Below, one piece after another: positions 40,954-50,533 of a DNA stretch of 64,000 nt. A program made the translations under genes and the position numbers. This DNA comes from Candidatus Kerfeldbacteria bacterium (GTDB taxonomy: Bacteria > Patescibacteriota > Patescibacteriia > SBBC01 > CAIJZX01): assembly GCA_963731735.1 (NCBI GenBank), contig CAVSWO010000002.1, forward strand, positions 470,001 to 534,000, written 5' to 3'. Below the pieces are notes generated by a model that made no database searches, had not been told where the DNA came from, and worked only from the letters and a program-made list of their open reading frames with translations. How positions within the stretch are numbered: position 1 is the stretch's first letter; every line of letters begins with the position of its first letter.

Positions 40954-42326
40954 GTCGGAGCCGCACAACCGTAAAAAACTTTCGGACTAAGCTGCAGAAT
41001 CGCGCGCAGCGCATCTTAAAGGAAAACTGGGTGCAACTTGATGGCCAACGTGGCTTTACCCGGCCGGCGCATTTATATCCGTACCAGTGGAACTGGGACT
41101 CGGGGTTTATTGCCTACGGGTACGCGCATGTACACCCGCAACGGGCGATTCAGGAGTTACGGAGTTTACTTGACGGACAATGGACCAACGGCTTCCTGCC
41201 GCATATTATTTTTCATCGGGTCAAGGGAGAACATCGCCCCTATTTCCCCGGCCCGACGTTTTGGGAATCCCGAAAAACGAACCGGGCCGCGCCGGCGGCG
41301 GTGGCCACCTCTGGTTTGACGCAGCCGCCGATGGTAACCTTGGCCGTCTGGCACACGTATCACGCGCTGCACCGCCGCCAGCCGCAGGCGGCTCGCCGGA
41401 TGCTTCAGGAATTTTTTCCGAAGCTGCTCGCCCTGCACACATTTTTGTACACGGCCCGTGATCCGGAAAAGAGCGGGCTGCTGACCATCGCCCATCCTTG
41501 GGAATCAGGGTTTGATAATTCCCCGCGTTGGGACGCGGTGCTCAAGCGCATCCGGCCGCGGCGCGTGCCGGTCTACCACCGGCACGATCGTCAGCAAGCC
41601 GATCGGGGACACCGGCCAACTGATCAAATCTACGATCGGTTTGTTGATCTGGCCTTGCGCTTAAAACGCTCGGGGTACCCGGGCCGGATCCCGGCCAGCC
41701 ATCCGTTTCGAATTAAGGACAAAGTTTTTTCATCGATCGGATACCTGGGCAACCTGCACTTACAGCAAATGGCAATAGTGCTGGGCCAGCCCCACCAGGC
41801 AATTACCGGCTGGATAAAACGCTTTGAAGGCTCGCTGTTCAAACAACTTTGGAATCCAGATACACAAACCTTTAGTGATTACGATCTGGTTCGACGTCGT
41901 CGACTACCACCAAAAACGGTGGCCGGGCTGTTGCCGTTAATGACCGGATTATTACCCAGCCGGCAAGTCGAACGGATGATCAGAATTTTGCACCAGGCGA
42001 ATTTTTGTGGGCAAAAAGCCTGTGCCGTTTCCTTGACACCAACCGTTGGGATTTATCAGAAAGAGTTTAACCCGGAGATGTATTGGCGGGGTCCAATTTG
42101 GGTGAATATCAACTGGTTTTTGTGGCGGGCTTTGCGGCTGTATGGATTGCACGAACAAGCCCGTCATCAAGCCGCGCATATTACCCATCTCATCGCGCAT
42201 CAAGGTTTTTGGGAATATTATTCACCCACCACGGGTCAGGGACTCGGCGCCAAACATTTTTCCTGGACCGCCGCACTGGCAACAGATCTGCTCCATACGC
42301 ATCGTCAATCCACCAACAAATTGTGA
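40950..42326 (+). CDS. (alpha/alpha)6-barrel glycoside hydrolase, GH63/GH37/GDE_C-like (glucosyl- or mannosyl-glycerate hydrolase-like)
   Basis: LYPYQWNWDSGFIAYGYA resembles the GH63 (F.WDEGF) and GH37 (YYWDSY) signature loops. 458 aa. The WESGFDNSPRWD acidic block also fits this clan. Confidence 0.5.
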   Translation: MSRSRTTVKNFRTKLQNRAQRILKENWVQLDGQRGFTRPAHLYPYQWNWDSGFIAYGYAHVHPQRAIQELRSLLDGQWTNGFLPHIIFHRVKGEHRPYFPGPTFWESRKTNRAAPAAVATSGLTQPPMVTLAVWHTYHALHRRQPQAARRMLQEFFPKLLALHTFLYTARDPEKSGLLTIAHPWESGFDNSPRWDAVLKRIRPRRVPVYHRHDRQQADRGHRPTDQIYDRFVDLALRLKRSGYPGRIPASHPFRIKDKVFSSIGYLGNLHLQQMAIVLGQPHQAITGWIKRFEGSLFKQLWNPDTQTFSDYDLVRRRRLPPKTVAGLLPLMTGLLPSRQVERMIRILHQANFCGQKACAVSLTPTVGIYQKEFNPEMYWRGPIWVNINWFLWRALRLYGLHEQARHQAAHITHLIAHQGFWEYYSPTTGQGLGAKHFSWTAALATDLLHTHRQSTNKL

Positions 42327-42335
42327 TATACTTAT

Positions 42336-43575
42336 GGTGATGCATTATTCGCGCTACACGGCCGCCATCTTCCTGGTCACCCTGATAATTTTTGGGTCTT
42401 CAATTCAAACTGCGCGGACCGCGACCGTGGCCGAACGAACCGCCGGCCGGATTTTACTGCAGGTCGAACGTAATGGCGAAGCTTGGTACGTGTATCCGAA
42501 AACCTTAACTCGTTTTTATCTCGGACGGCCGAAAGACGCATTTGACGTGATGCGTTTTCAGGGCCTCGGTATCACCAATGCAAATTTAGCAAAAATTCCA
42601 GTTGCTGGAAGTTCCGATTCGGGCGACCAGGCTTTGCGCGATCGTTTAGCCGGGTATATTTTACTCCAGGTCGAACGGAACGGTGAGGCGTGGTATGTCT
42701 ATCCGGTTACGAAGCAGCGCTATTTCCTCGGGTATCCGGAGGACGCCTGGAACTTGATGCGTAATTTGGGCTTAGGCATCTCGAACAGCGATTTGGCCCA
42801 AATTCCGGTTGATAATGGCGTTCGGGTTGAACATCAAGGCGTGGTGTCCTCACGCGGGACGTATACAGTTGACTACCTGACGTTTGATCGGAAAAACCCG
42901 GAATTAAAAATCACCACGGATACAGGCAATGACGGTAACTGCGCATCGAATTGCACGGTCCTTAGCCTGGGTTCCTACGTGACGCGGCGAAATGCCTTAG
43001 CCGGTATTCATGGCACTTATTTCTGTCCGGCCGATTACAGCAGTTGTTCGAGCGAGGTCAACCATTACTTTTTTCCGGTCTTTAACAGTTATAGCCGAGT
43101 CTTCATCAATGGCGACCGCATCAAATATACCGCCGAACCAATGGTGGCCTTTGATTCATCCAATCATCCATTCTTCTTCCGCCAGACCAAGCAGTTTACC
43201 AGCGAGCAAGATTTCTATAATGACTTTGCGAACGTATCAATCGCGGCCGGTGGGAATGGACAACTTCGCGCAGCCATCAGCAACGGACCGGCACTGATTG
43301 ACAACGGACAAAATGTGGTCGGACAGTATGCGTTGGATTCAAAACAATCCAGCGTTAAATCATATCGCGGCGCCTTGGGCTGGAAAGGCGATACAATTTA
43401 TCTGTTGGTCGTCAGCGGTGCAACCGTCACCGATTCAGCGGCCGTGATGGAGGCTCTTGGACTCGACTACGCGATTAATCTCGACGGTGGTGGCTCAACC
43501 GCGCTTTACCAAGCCGGACGGTATATCATTGGTCCTGGCCGGAATTTACCAAATGCCGTCCTCCTCTCCCAGTAA
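42336..43575 (+). CDS. secreted protein: two copies of a novel repeat module fused to a phosphodiester-glycosidase (NAGPA/DUF2233-like) domain
   Basis: Signal anchor MVMHYSRYTAAIFLVTLIIFG. Repeats RILLQVERNGEAWYVYPKTLTRFYLGRPKDAFDVMRFQGLGITNANLAKIP and YILLQVERNGEAWYVYPVTKQRYFLGYPEDAWNLMRNLGLGISNSDLAQIP. The C-terminal block DYAINLDGGGSTALYQAGRYIIGPGRNLPNA matches the PF09992 core. Confidence 0.6.
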
Positions 43576-44056
43576 AGCGGAACGCTCGTGCGGGGTGATA
43601 CCGGTCTGGCACGACGGACGACGTTGGCGCTATTTACTGGTCCAGCATCTGAGCGGTCATTGGGGTTTTCCCAAGGGTCACGTAGAGCCAGGCGAGTCAT
43701 CCGAACAGACCGCCCGGCGCGAGCTGCGCGAGGAAACTGGCATTCAGACCGTTCAGTTGGTCCATCGTTTAAGGCTGCGTGATCGCTATACTTTTCGGAA
43801 GCAACAGGCGCATGTCCAGAAGCAGGTTGAATATTTCCTGGGAAGAGTCCGGAATCCAGCCTTCGAACGCCAAGCCGCGGAATTGATTGATGCCCACTGG
43901 TTCGATTACCGGACCGCCCGCAAGGTGCTCCGCCCGCTCAGTTCAGCCACTATTCTTCAACGCGCACGTCATTATTTACTCACCCAATCGCCATGGAGCT
44001 CGAAGACTTCCGCCGGGAAAAAGACAACTTCTTCCGCCAACCGGATTCACCCCTAA
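43553..44056 (+). CDS. Nudix hydrolase (Ap4A-hydrolase/NudH-like)
   Basis: GVIPVWHDGRRWRYLLVQHLSGHWGFPKGHVEPGESSEQTARRELREETGI is a canonical Nudix box. Its start overlaps the stop of the upstream gene. Confidence 0.7.
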   Translation: MPSSSPSKAERSCGVIPVWHDGRRWRYLLVQHLSGHWGFPKGHVEPGESSEQTARRELREETGIQTVQLVHRLRLRDRYTFRKQQAHVQKQVEYFLGRVRNPAFERQAAELIDAHWFDYRTARKVLRPLSSATILQRARHYLLTQSPWSSKTSAGKKTTSSANRIHP

Positions 44057-44493
44057 AGCCGGAACAACGAGCCGGATTTTCCGGTCTCAAATATTTTTCG
44101 GAAAATCCTGAACTCCGATTTTCTTTGCCACTTGATACCGAGGTGGCGCATGATTTCATCATGATGCAAACCAGTACCGGCGGGCAGCAGCGCTATACGC
44201 GAATCGGAAAAATTTCGTTTTCGGTGGCCGGCCAGCCGGCCGAACTATTTGTTTACAAGGATGAGCACGGATTTTTTCTGCCTTTTCGCGACGCGACCGG
44301 TCAAGACGCTACCTATCCGGCTGGCCGGTATCTTGAACCGGCCACCGGAGCGGATGGTCGGCTGACAGTTGACTTCAACCTGGCATATAATCCATACTGC
44401 GCTTACAACGAACGTTTTTCCTGTCCTATCCCGCCGCGAGAAAACTGGCTAGCCGTGCGGATTGAAGCTGGCGAAAAGCGATTTCACGAATAA
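43993..44493 (+). CDS. DUF1684-family protein
   Basis: FRREKDNFFRQPDSPL...GRYLE...DFNLAYNPYCAYNERFSCPIPPRENWLAVRIEAGEK matches the DUF1684 conserved C-terminus. Overlaps the Nudix gene by 64 nt. Confidence 0.6.
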   Translation: MELEDFRREKDNFFRQPDSPLKPEQRAGFSGLKYFSENPELRFSLPLDTEVAHDFIMMQTSTGGQQRYTRIGKISFSVAGQPAELFVYKDEHGFFLPFRDATGQDATYPAGRYLEPATGADGRLTVDFNLAYNPYCAYNERFSCPIPPRENWLAVRIEAGEKRFHE

Positions 44494-44499
44494 TCTCCG

Positions 44500-45258
44500 A
44501 TGTCTCCTGCCTTCCAAGCGGTTCTCGCAAGCACACTCTCCAGTCTATTCGGCCTGGCCGGTGGGTTTTTACTGCTCTGGCGACACGCCGGCGTTAAACG
44601 TTTTTCACACTACTTTGTAAGTTTTGCGGCTGGGGCGATGCTTGGCGCGGCTTTTTTTGATCTGCTGATCGAAGCGAACGACAAATTCCCGAATCAACTG
44701 CCGACGACGTTTACTTGGTTGATGGTCGGGTTTTTCCTGTTTTTCATTATCGAGCGGATCTTATTTTGGCATCATCATAGCCACAGCGAAGATGTGCACG
44801 ACGACCAAAAACCGATTGTCCCGCTGATTATTATCGGTGACGCGATTCACAATTTTATTGATGGCACGGTCATCGCGGGAGCATTTTTGATTAGTCCGCC
44901 GCTGGGGGTAGCCACCGCGATCGCGGTTTTCTTCCATGAGATCCCGCAAGAAATTGGCGATTTCTCAATTATGATTCACAATGGCATGTCTCGCAGCGCG
45001 GTCGCGCTTTGGAATTTTCTGGGTGCGCTGGTTAGTCCGCTGGGGACGATTATCACGCTGCTGGTGGCCGAACGCGTCCAGGGCCTTGAACTGCCGCTGG
45101 TTGGGATCGCGGCTGGAAACTTCATTTACATCGCGGCGGCTGACCTGATTCCTGAAATCCATCGTGGCAAGAGACTCTATATGTCGATTTTGCAATTGGG
45201 TTTGATGTTACTGGGACTGCTGGTGATAGTCTGGGTGAGTCGGGCATTCGCGGGATAG
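44500..45258 (+). CDS. zupT: ZIP-family divalent metal transporter (ZupT-like)
   Basis: His-rich loop HHHSHSEDVHDD, HNFIDG and HEIPQEIGDF ZIP signatures, and 8 TM helices. Confidence 0.8.
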   Translation: MSPAFQAVLASTLSSLFGLAGGFLLLWRHAGVKRFSHYFVSFAAGAMLGAAFFDLLIEANDKFPNQLPTTFTWLMVGFFLFFIIERILFWHHHSHSEDVHDDQKPIVPLIIIGDAIHNFIDGTVIAGAFLISPPLGVATAIAVFFHEIPQEIGDFSIMIHNGMSRSAVALWNFLGALVSPLGTIITLLVAERVQGLELPLVGIAAGNFIYIAAADLIPEIHRGKRLYMSILQLGLMLLGLLVIVWVSRAFAG

Positions 45259-45451
45259 CTGGAGCTTCCCAGGGCTGATAATCACCAAATTGAAAACCGT
45301 GCGGGGGATGACGCACTTGTCAGCCGCCAGTATTTCGTCTTTGAGCCCCCAAGTAGAAACAGGTATAGCCAAACTCGATCTGTCTCAGTCTGTTACATCA
45401 ACGGTTGGCAGACTTGCAGGAGTTGCATTTTTAGGCTAAAATCTGAGCCTC

Positions 45452-46933
45452 ATGAGGCTTTCACTCGTTGCAGCTAAAATCCTACCAAGTCGCGGCGCGA
45501 TTGCGGTTGGTATTTTTTCTGATCAACGGGCAGACGCGCTCAAGCGCTTACCGAGCGGTATGCGAAAACTGGCCAAGGCCGCGATCAGTGCGAAGTCGTT
45601 TGGCGGCTGGATGTCGACCTCGGTGATTCATGTTCCGGGAAAATCGCAACCGGGCATGGTGTTATTTGGGCTTGGGAAATCGAGCGATTGGAATATGCGA
45701 CGGGTGCGACTGGTCGCACGAGCCGCGGCCCGAACCGCTTTGGCACAAGGCTGGACCGGGTTGGCGGTGGACATTGAACCGATGATCGGAAAACTTGATG
45801 CCAACCACGTAACCCAACACGTAACTGAAGGGTTGCTGATGGGCGGATATGAGTATCATGGCCTTCGTAAATCACCCAAGCATGGTTGGCCGGAGATTTC
45901 CCGCGCGACGTTGCTGGCAGCCACGGTAACGCCGGACATGCGGGCGGCGGTGAAAACCGGCCGCCAGATCGCTGAGGCCACCAACCAAGCGCGCACCCTG
46001 GCCAATATGCCGGGTAGCCACATGACACCGACGGTCTTGGCCCAGGCGGCACGCCAGGTGGCCAAGCAGCACAAATTAGCCATCACGGTTCTGCATCGGA
46101 AACAGATGGAAAAACTTGGTTTGGGTGCGGTGCTGGGTGTGGCCAAGGGCAGCACCGAGGAACCGAAATTTATGGTGCTTGAATATTATGGAACGAAAAA
46201 ATCGGTGGCCCCAATTGCCCTGGTTGGCAAAGGCGTTACTTTTGATACGGGCGGCATAAATTTGAAACCCAGCCAAGGCATGGCCGACATGCATATGGAT
46301 ATGGCCGGCGGCGGGGCGGTGCTCCATGCCATCGGCGCGATGGCCGCGCTCAAACTCCCAGTCAACGTGGTAGCGATCATCCCCTCGGTTGAAAATATGC
46401 CAAGTGGTTCAAGCTATCGGCCGGGCGATTTACTGAAATCCTTATCCGGGCAGATTATTGAGGTCGGGGATACCGATGCCGAAGGCCGGGTCATCCTGGC
46501 GGATGGGATAGCCTACGCCAAAAAGTTTTTCAATCCATCGTTGATCGTTGACGTGGCGACACTGACCGGTGCGGCCTTGGTCGCGCTTGGCCAACGGGCG
46601 ATGGCCACCTTTACCAACCGAACAGCGATGGAGGAGCAATCGAAGCGAATCGGCGAGGCCAGCGGCGACTACGCCTGGCCGTTACCGGCTTGGGAGGAAT
46701 ATGATAGCGAAGTTCGCGGCAACTTGGGTGATTGGATGAATGTCGGCAAAGGACGCTGGGGCGGCGCGATTCATGGGGCGGTCTTCTTGAAGCAATTTGC
46801 CAACCCAACGCCCTGGATTCATTTAGACATCGCGCCGACCATGACGTCGATCGAAGGCGATCAATTAGCCAAGGGCGCGACCGGAACCGGCGTGCGTTGG
46901 TTAGTGGAATTTGTGAAGCAGCAGGTGCCATGA
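45452..46933 (+). CDS. pepA: M17 leucyl aminopeptidase
   Basis: GKGVTFDTGGINLKP and the NTDAEGR motif (VGDTDAEGRVILADGIAYA). 493 aa. Confidence 0.9.
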   Translation: MRLSLVAAKILPSRGAIAVGIFSDQRADALKRLPSGMRKLAKAAISAKSFGGWMSTSVIHVPGKSQPGMVLFGLGKSSDWNMRRVRLVARAAARTALAQGWTGLAVDIEPMIGKLDANHVTQHVTEGLLMGGYEYHGLRKSPKHGWPEISRATLLAATVTPDMRAAVKTGRQIAEATNQARTLANMPGSHMTPTVLAQAARQVAKQHKLAITVLHRKQMEKLGLGAVLGVAKGSTEEPKFMVLEYYGTKKSVAPIALVGKGVTFDTGGINLKPSQGMADMHMDMAGGGAVLHAIGAMAALKLPVNVVAIIPSVENMPSGSSYRPGDLLKSLSGQIIEVGDTDAEGRVILADGIAYAKKFFNPSLIVDVATLTGAALVALGQRAMATFTNRTAMEEQSKRIGEASGDYAWPLPAWEEYDSEVRGNLGDWMNVGKGRWGGAIHGAVFLKQFANPTPWIHLDIAPTMTSIEGDQLAKGATGTGVRWLVEFVKQQVP

Positions 46934-47742
46934 GCGGGCGCGGTTGGCTGATTACATTTGGCATCCTGGCAGTGCTTGGCATTGGCAGCTGGACGCTGAC
47001 CAAAACCGATCGCTATCAACAATGGCTGGCTGAACAGCAGAAGTCCGGATTACCGAACCCGGAATCGATTGCCGAGTCGATCGCCGCTCCGGCCGTCAAC
47101 GCGGTCGCCAATCGGCAAGCAAGCACTACCAACGCAGTCACCGAGATTCCGGCCGAGAAAAATATCGCCGTGCCGTTTACCGTCCAGGCACCAAACGCGA
47201 ATTGGGATCAGGATCATAACGAGTTTTGTGAAGAAGCCTCGGTGCTGATGGTTGGACGGTTTTTTCAAAAGCGACCAATTGTTGATGCGACCGATGCTGA
47301 AGCTGGTTTACAGCAACTCAAACAATGGGAACTCGATAATTTTGGCTACTATTACGATACGACCGCCGCCGAAACCGCTCAAATCCTGGAGGACGTGTAC
47401 GGACTGACGGTGGAACTGAAAACGAACCCGAGCGTAACCGATATCAAACAGGCTTTAGCCGATAATTCCCTGGTCATCGCGCCGTTTGCCGGTCGTGATC
47501 TTGGGAATCCGTATTACACCCCGCCCGGTCCGGTCTATCACATGATGGTTTTTCGTGGCTACACCCGAGACGGAAAATTCATCATGAATGATCCCGGCAC
47601 GCGTCATGGCGAAGAGTATGTTTACGATCAATCGAAACTGCTGGAGGTCATGCACGACTGGGTGCCGAAAACGCCGCGCACAATCCCCGGGAATGGTTCG
47701 CCGACGGGAAATCCGGTGGTGTTAATTGTTTCCCAAGCTTGA
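46930..47742 (+). CDS. membrane-anchored YvpB/Peptidase_C39_2-like cysteine peptidase domain protein
   Basis: TM anchor WLITFGILAVLGIGSW. The block VPFTVQAPNANWDQDHNEFCEEASVLMV...YHMMVFRGYTRDGKFIMNDPGTRHG matches the C39-like Cys...His(-Asp/Asn) arrangement. Its start overlaps the pepA stop. Confidence 0.55.
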   Translation: MSGRGWLITFGILAVLGIGSWTLTKTDRYQQWLAEQQKSGLPNPESIAESIAAPAVNAVANRQASTTNAVTEIPAEKNIAVPFTVQAPNANWDQDHNEFCEEASVLMVGRFFQKRPIVDATDAEAGLQQLKQWELDNFGYYYDTTAAETAQILEDVYGLTVELKTNPSVTDIKQALADNSLVIAPFAGRDLGNPYYTPPGPVYHMMVFRGYTRDGKFIMNDPGTRHGEEYVYDQSKLLEVMHDWVPKTPRTIPGNGSPTGNPVVLIVSQA

Positions 47743-47776
47743 GTTTTTCCCGTGATTGTGCTATACTCACAACACG

Positions 47777-48817
47777 ATGCAAATTCATCGCACAGGTAAG
47801 TGGGGCGCGGCCCCATTTTTGTTGTTCGCGGTAACGCTTTGGTGGTTCGCGCCGAGTCGCGTGCATGCCAATGTGAGCAACACCGTACGCGGCATGATTG
47901 TGCTTGAAGTTGAACGCAACGGCGAAGCCTGGTACATCGATCCGATGTCCTTACACCGCGTGTTTCTTGGTCGTCCGCAGGATGCCTGGGAAATTATGCG
48001 CCAACACGGACTTGGTATTTCCAATGCCGATCTCGCAAAAATTCCGCCGGCCGGGAGTTCCGCCAGTGGAGACTATGCGCTCCGCCAACGGCTGGCCGGA
48101 CGGATTGTGTTGCAAGTTGAACGGAATGGCGAAGCCTGGTATGTCTATCCAAAAGATTTAAAACGCTATTACCTTGGTCGGCCGTATGATGCCTTTCAGG
48201 TTATGACCCGCCTCGGCTTAGGCATAACTGAACAGGATTTGTACCAAATAATTTCCGAACGTAATCTACCGGTCCCGTTTACTGCCCAGGCGCCGTATGG
48301 CGTTTGGGATTTTGACCATGACAATTTTTGTGAAGAAGCTTCGTCGCTGATGGTTGCGCGGTATGTTCGCAACCAAGGTATCAACGGTCCTGCCGATGCC
48401 GATTCGGCCATGTACGCGCTTAAAGATTGGGAAGTTGCGACCCTCGGCTATCATAAAGATACGGGCGCGGATGATACGGCTCGCATGATGCGTGAAAACT
48501 ATAACCTGACCGTTACGGTCATCGACAATCCAACCGCCACCTCGATTCGCCAACAACTTGATCTCGGCCATGTCTTCGTAGCCCCGGTCGCCGGTACCTT
48601 GCTCGGAAACCCGTACTTTAGCGGTCTGGGCCCGCCCTACCACATGTTTGTCATCAAAGGCTATACCAACGACGGCTGGTTCATCACCAATGAACCGGGT
48701 ACCCGGCATGGGGCGGACTACACGTATCGGCAATCCACCGTCATGAACGCCTTGCACGATTATAACGGGGGTAATACGTTGAACGGTCCTCGCCGGATCC
48801 TGGAAATCAGTCCTTAA
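47777..48817 (+). CDS. secreted protein: two copies of the same novel repeat module fused to a YvpB/Peptidase_C39_2-like domain
   Basis: Signal peptide ...WWFAPSRVHA. Repeats MIVLEVERNGEAWYIDPMSLHRVFLGRPQDAWEIMRQHGLGISNADLAKIP and RIVLQVERNGEAWYVYPKDLKRYYLGRPYDAFQVMTRLGLGITEQDL. The C-terminus PVPFTAQAPYGVWDFDHDNFCEEASSLMV...YHMFVIKGYTNDGWFITNEPGTRHG is paralogous to 46930..47742. Confidence 0.55.
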   Translation: MQIHRTGKWGAAPFLLFAVTLWWFAPSRVHANVSNTVRGMIVLEVERNGEAWYIDPMSLHRVFLGRPQDAWEIMRQHGLGISNADLAKIPPAGSSASGDYALRQRLAGRIVLQVERNGEAWYVYPKDLKRYYLGRPYDAFQVMTRLGLGITEQDLYQIISERNLPVPFTAQAPYGVWDFDHDNFCEEASSLMVARYVRNQGINGPADADSAMYALKDWEVATLGYHKDTGADDTARMMRENYNLTVTVIDNPTATSIRQQLDLGHVFVAPVAGTLLGNPYFSGLGPPYHMFVIKGYTNDGWFITNEPGTRHGADYTYRQSTVMNALHDYNGGNTLNGPRRILEISP

Positions 48818-48855
48818 GATTGCGCCGCTAGCGGGCGCATGCTACGATTTTCCCA

Positions 48856-48990
48856 TGACGGATAAACCCACTCAAGATGTCGACATCGAAGTCCGCAAGC
48901 GCGTGGTTACGCGCGTCTATTTGACCGTTGGCATTGGTCTGATTGCCGGCGTTGTCGCGCTGTGGTTCTACTTCTCGTCGCAGGCCTAAG
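48856..48990 (+). CDS. possible small membrane protein (44 aa)
   Basis: MTDKPTQDVDIEVRKRVVTRVYLTVGIGLIAGVVALWFYFSSQA, with a single TM helix. It falls below the ORF-track size cutoff and has no homology support. Confidence 0.2.
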
Positions 48991-49045
48991 ATCGGAGCAT
49001 AAAAAAGCCGCCAGGGGTGACCGGCGGCGTTGTTGGTGAGCGAGA

Positions 49046-49543
49046 TTATTCAAGGTCCCGGGTCGGCAAGCGTTTCAGGCGCGAGTTGAGCCGCTGAACC
49101 AAGGCGGAGGGCAGCGCCACTGCCGTCAGTCCCAGCCAGAGGACCACCGCGATGGTAACGGACGAAGACAGTCCGCAAGCCAAGGCGACGAGTCCGCCGT
49201 ACTGCCACATGGTCAGCAAACACCCAAGTGCTCCGAAGATATAGCCGAACATGGCAGACACTTTGGTGATACCGGACCAGCAGAGTGGCTCATCTTGCAG
49301 CGCATTCAGATAGGGCGGTATTTTGACGATCAACCACACGATCAGTCCGTAGGTCGGGATATCCCACCAACGGGAGATTTGCAGCTGGGTGACCCAGGCC
49401 AGGCTCAAGACTTCGACCGCGTTGTGGACGGCCGGTACATGGCCGTCGCGAAGCAGGACGTTGCCGCCCCAGAAGCAGGCCGTCAAGAAGCTGGCCAGCA
49501 CTCCCAGGTGCAACGGGAAGCCACTGGAACGGTTCATGCGCAT
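49046..49543 (-). CDS. hypothetical integral membrane protein
   Basis: 165 aa with 4-5 TM helices. No recognisable domain. Confidence 0.4.
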   Translation of the reverse strand: MRMNRSSGFPLHLGVLASFLTACFWGGNVLLRDGHVPAVHNAVEVLSLAWVTQLQISRWWDIPTYGLIVWLIVKIPPYLNALQDEPLCWSGITKVSAMFGYIFGALGCLLTMWQYGGLVALACGLSSSVTIAVVLWLGLTAVALPSALVQRLNSRLKRLPTRDLE

Positions 49544-49643
49544 GCGTCCTCCATGGAAGCGAAAGGAGCGATTGAGAATAGGCGAATCCTACGGTGCCGG
49601 TCCGGAACCGTCAAGTTGACTTCAGGGCGGGGAGCGCGTACAC

Positions 49644-49670
49644 TTGGTATAATATTGAGACTGATTCTCA
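49644..49670 (+). promoter_or_regulatory. extended -10 promoter (TGgTATAAT) plus a 5-5-5 palindrome TGAGActgatTCTCA between the -10 and the fur-family start
   Basis: tggtataat lies at about 49644-49652. The palindrome is at about 49655-49669, immediately before the ATG. A candidate autoregulatory Fur-family box. Coordinates are +/-1. Confidence 0.4.
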
Positions 49671-49673
49671 CTA

Positions 49674-50081
49674 ATGCCTGATCGACGTCACACCCGCCAG
49701 CGCCAAATTATCCTGATGACCGTCAAAACAGCGGCCGACGGCATATCCGCCGACCAGGTTTTCAAGCGAGTCAAAAAAATCCTGCCAGCCATCGGCCGGG
49801 CGACCATTTATCGTAATCTCGAAGGATTAGTCGAGCGCGGTGAGCTCTATCGTTTTGAAAGCGAGGCCGGAACCCGGCAATATTTTGGACACACCTTCCA
49901 TCACGTTCGTTTTCGGTGCCAACGTTGCGGACGTGAACAACAACTGCCGGATCAGGTACCCGGCCGCTATCTGGCCATGAAAATTTTCACCCAACAAACT
50001 GTCTTTTTATCACGTCTCACTGCCCAGGGGCTGTGTGCCGCCTGCACCCGGGCGGTCCGGAAACAAGGAGTCACACTATGA
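49674..50081 (+). CDS. Fur-family metalloregulator (Fur/Zur/PerR)
   Basis: TRQRQIIL...ISADQVFKRV...IGRATIYRNLEGLVERGEL is the winged-HTH block. The C-terminal metal site is HTFHHVRFRCQRCGREQQL...CAAC. Heads the suf operon. Confidence 0.75.
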   Translation: MPDRRHTRQRQIILMTVKTAADGISADQVFKRVKKILPAIGRATIYRNLEGLVERGELYRFESEAGTRQYFGHTFHHVRFRCQRCGREQQLPDQVPGRYLAMKIFTQQTVFLSRLTAQGLCAACTRAVRKQGVTL

Positions 50082-50533
50082 CTAAAGGAGTGCTCGTCTA
50101 TTTAATTCGTGGATCGCACGTGCTGCTGGCCATGAAAAAACGTGGCTTCGGTCAGGGCAAGTGGAACGGGCCAGGCGGAAAAATTGAATTCGGTGAAAAC
50201 GCGCTCCATGCCGCGGTACGCGAAACGCAGGAGGAAATTGGCACTCGGCCGGTCCTGGAACATCCGATCGGTACGATCTTGTATCACGATGAACGGTATG
50301 GGAATTGGCACGTTACGGTCTTCCGAACCGAAGAATTCAGCGGCGATATTCTCGAAACCGAAGAAATGAAACCCCAATGGTTTCGCATGGACGAATTACC
50401 GTACGAGGAAATGTGGGCCGGTGATAAGGAATGGTTGCCATTCGTGCTGATGAACCGACACTTCGAAGGAGAAATTTGGTTTGACCGGTTTAACAACATA
50501 TCGAAAAAGGATATCAAGGAGGTGCGGGGATGA
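50078..50533 (+). CDS. Nudix hydrolase (MutT/8-oxo-dGTPase-like)
   Basis: GKWNGPGGKIEFGENALHAAVRETQEEIG Nudix box. AGGAG SD. Its start overlaps the fur stop. Confidence 0.7.
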   Translation: MTKGVLVYLIRGSHVLLAMKKRGFGQGKWNGPGGKIEFGENALHAAVRETQEEIGTRPVLEHPIGTILYHDERYGNWHVTVFRTEEFSGDILETEEMKPQWFRMDELPYEEMWAGDKEWLPFVLMNRHFEGEIWFDRFNNISKKDIKEVRG

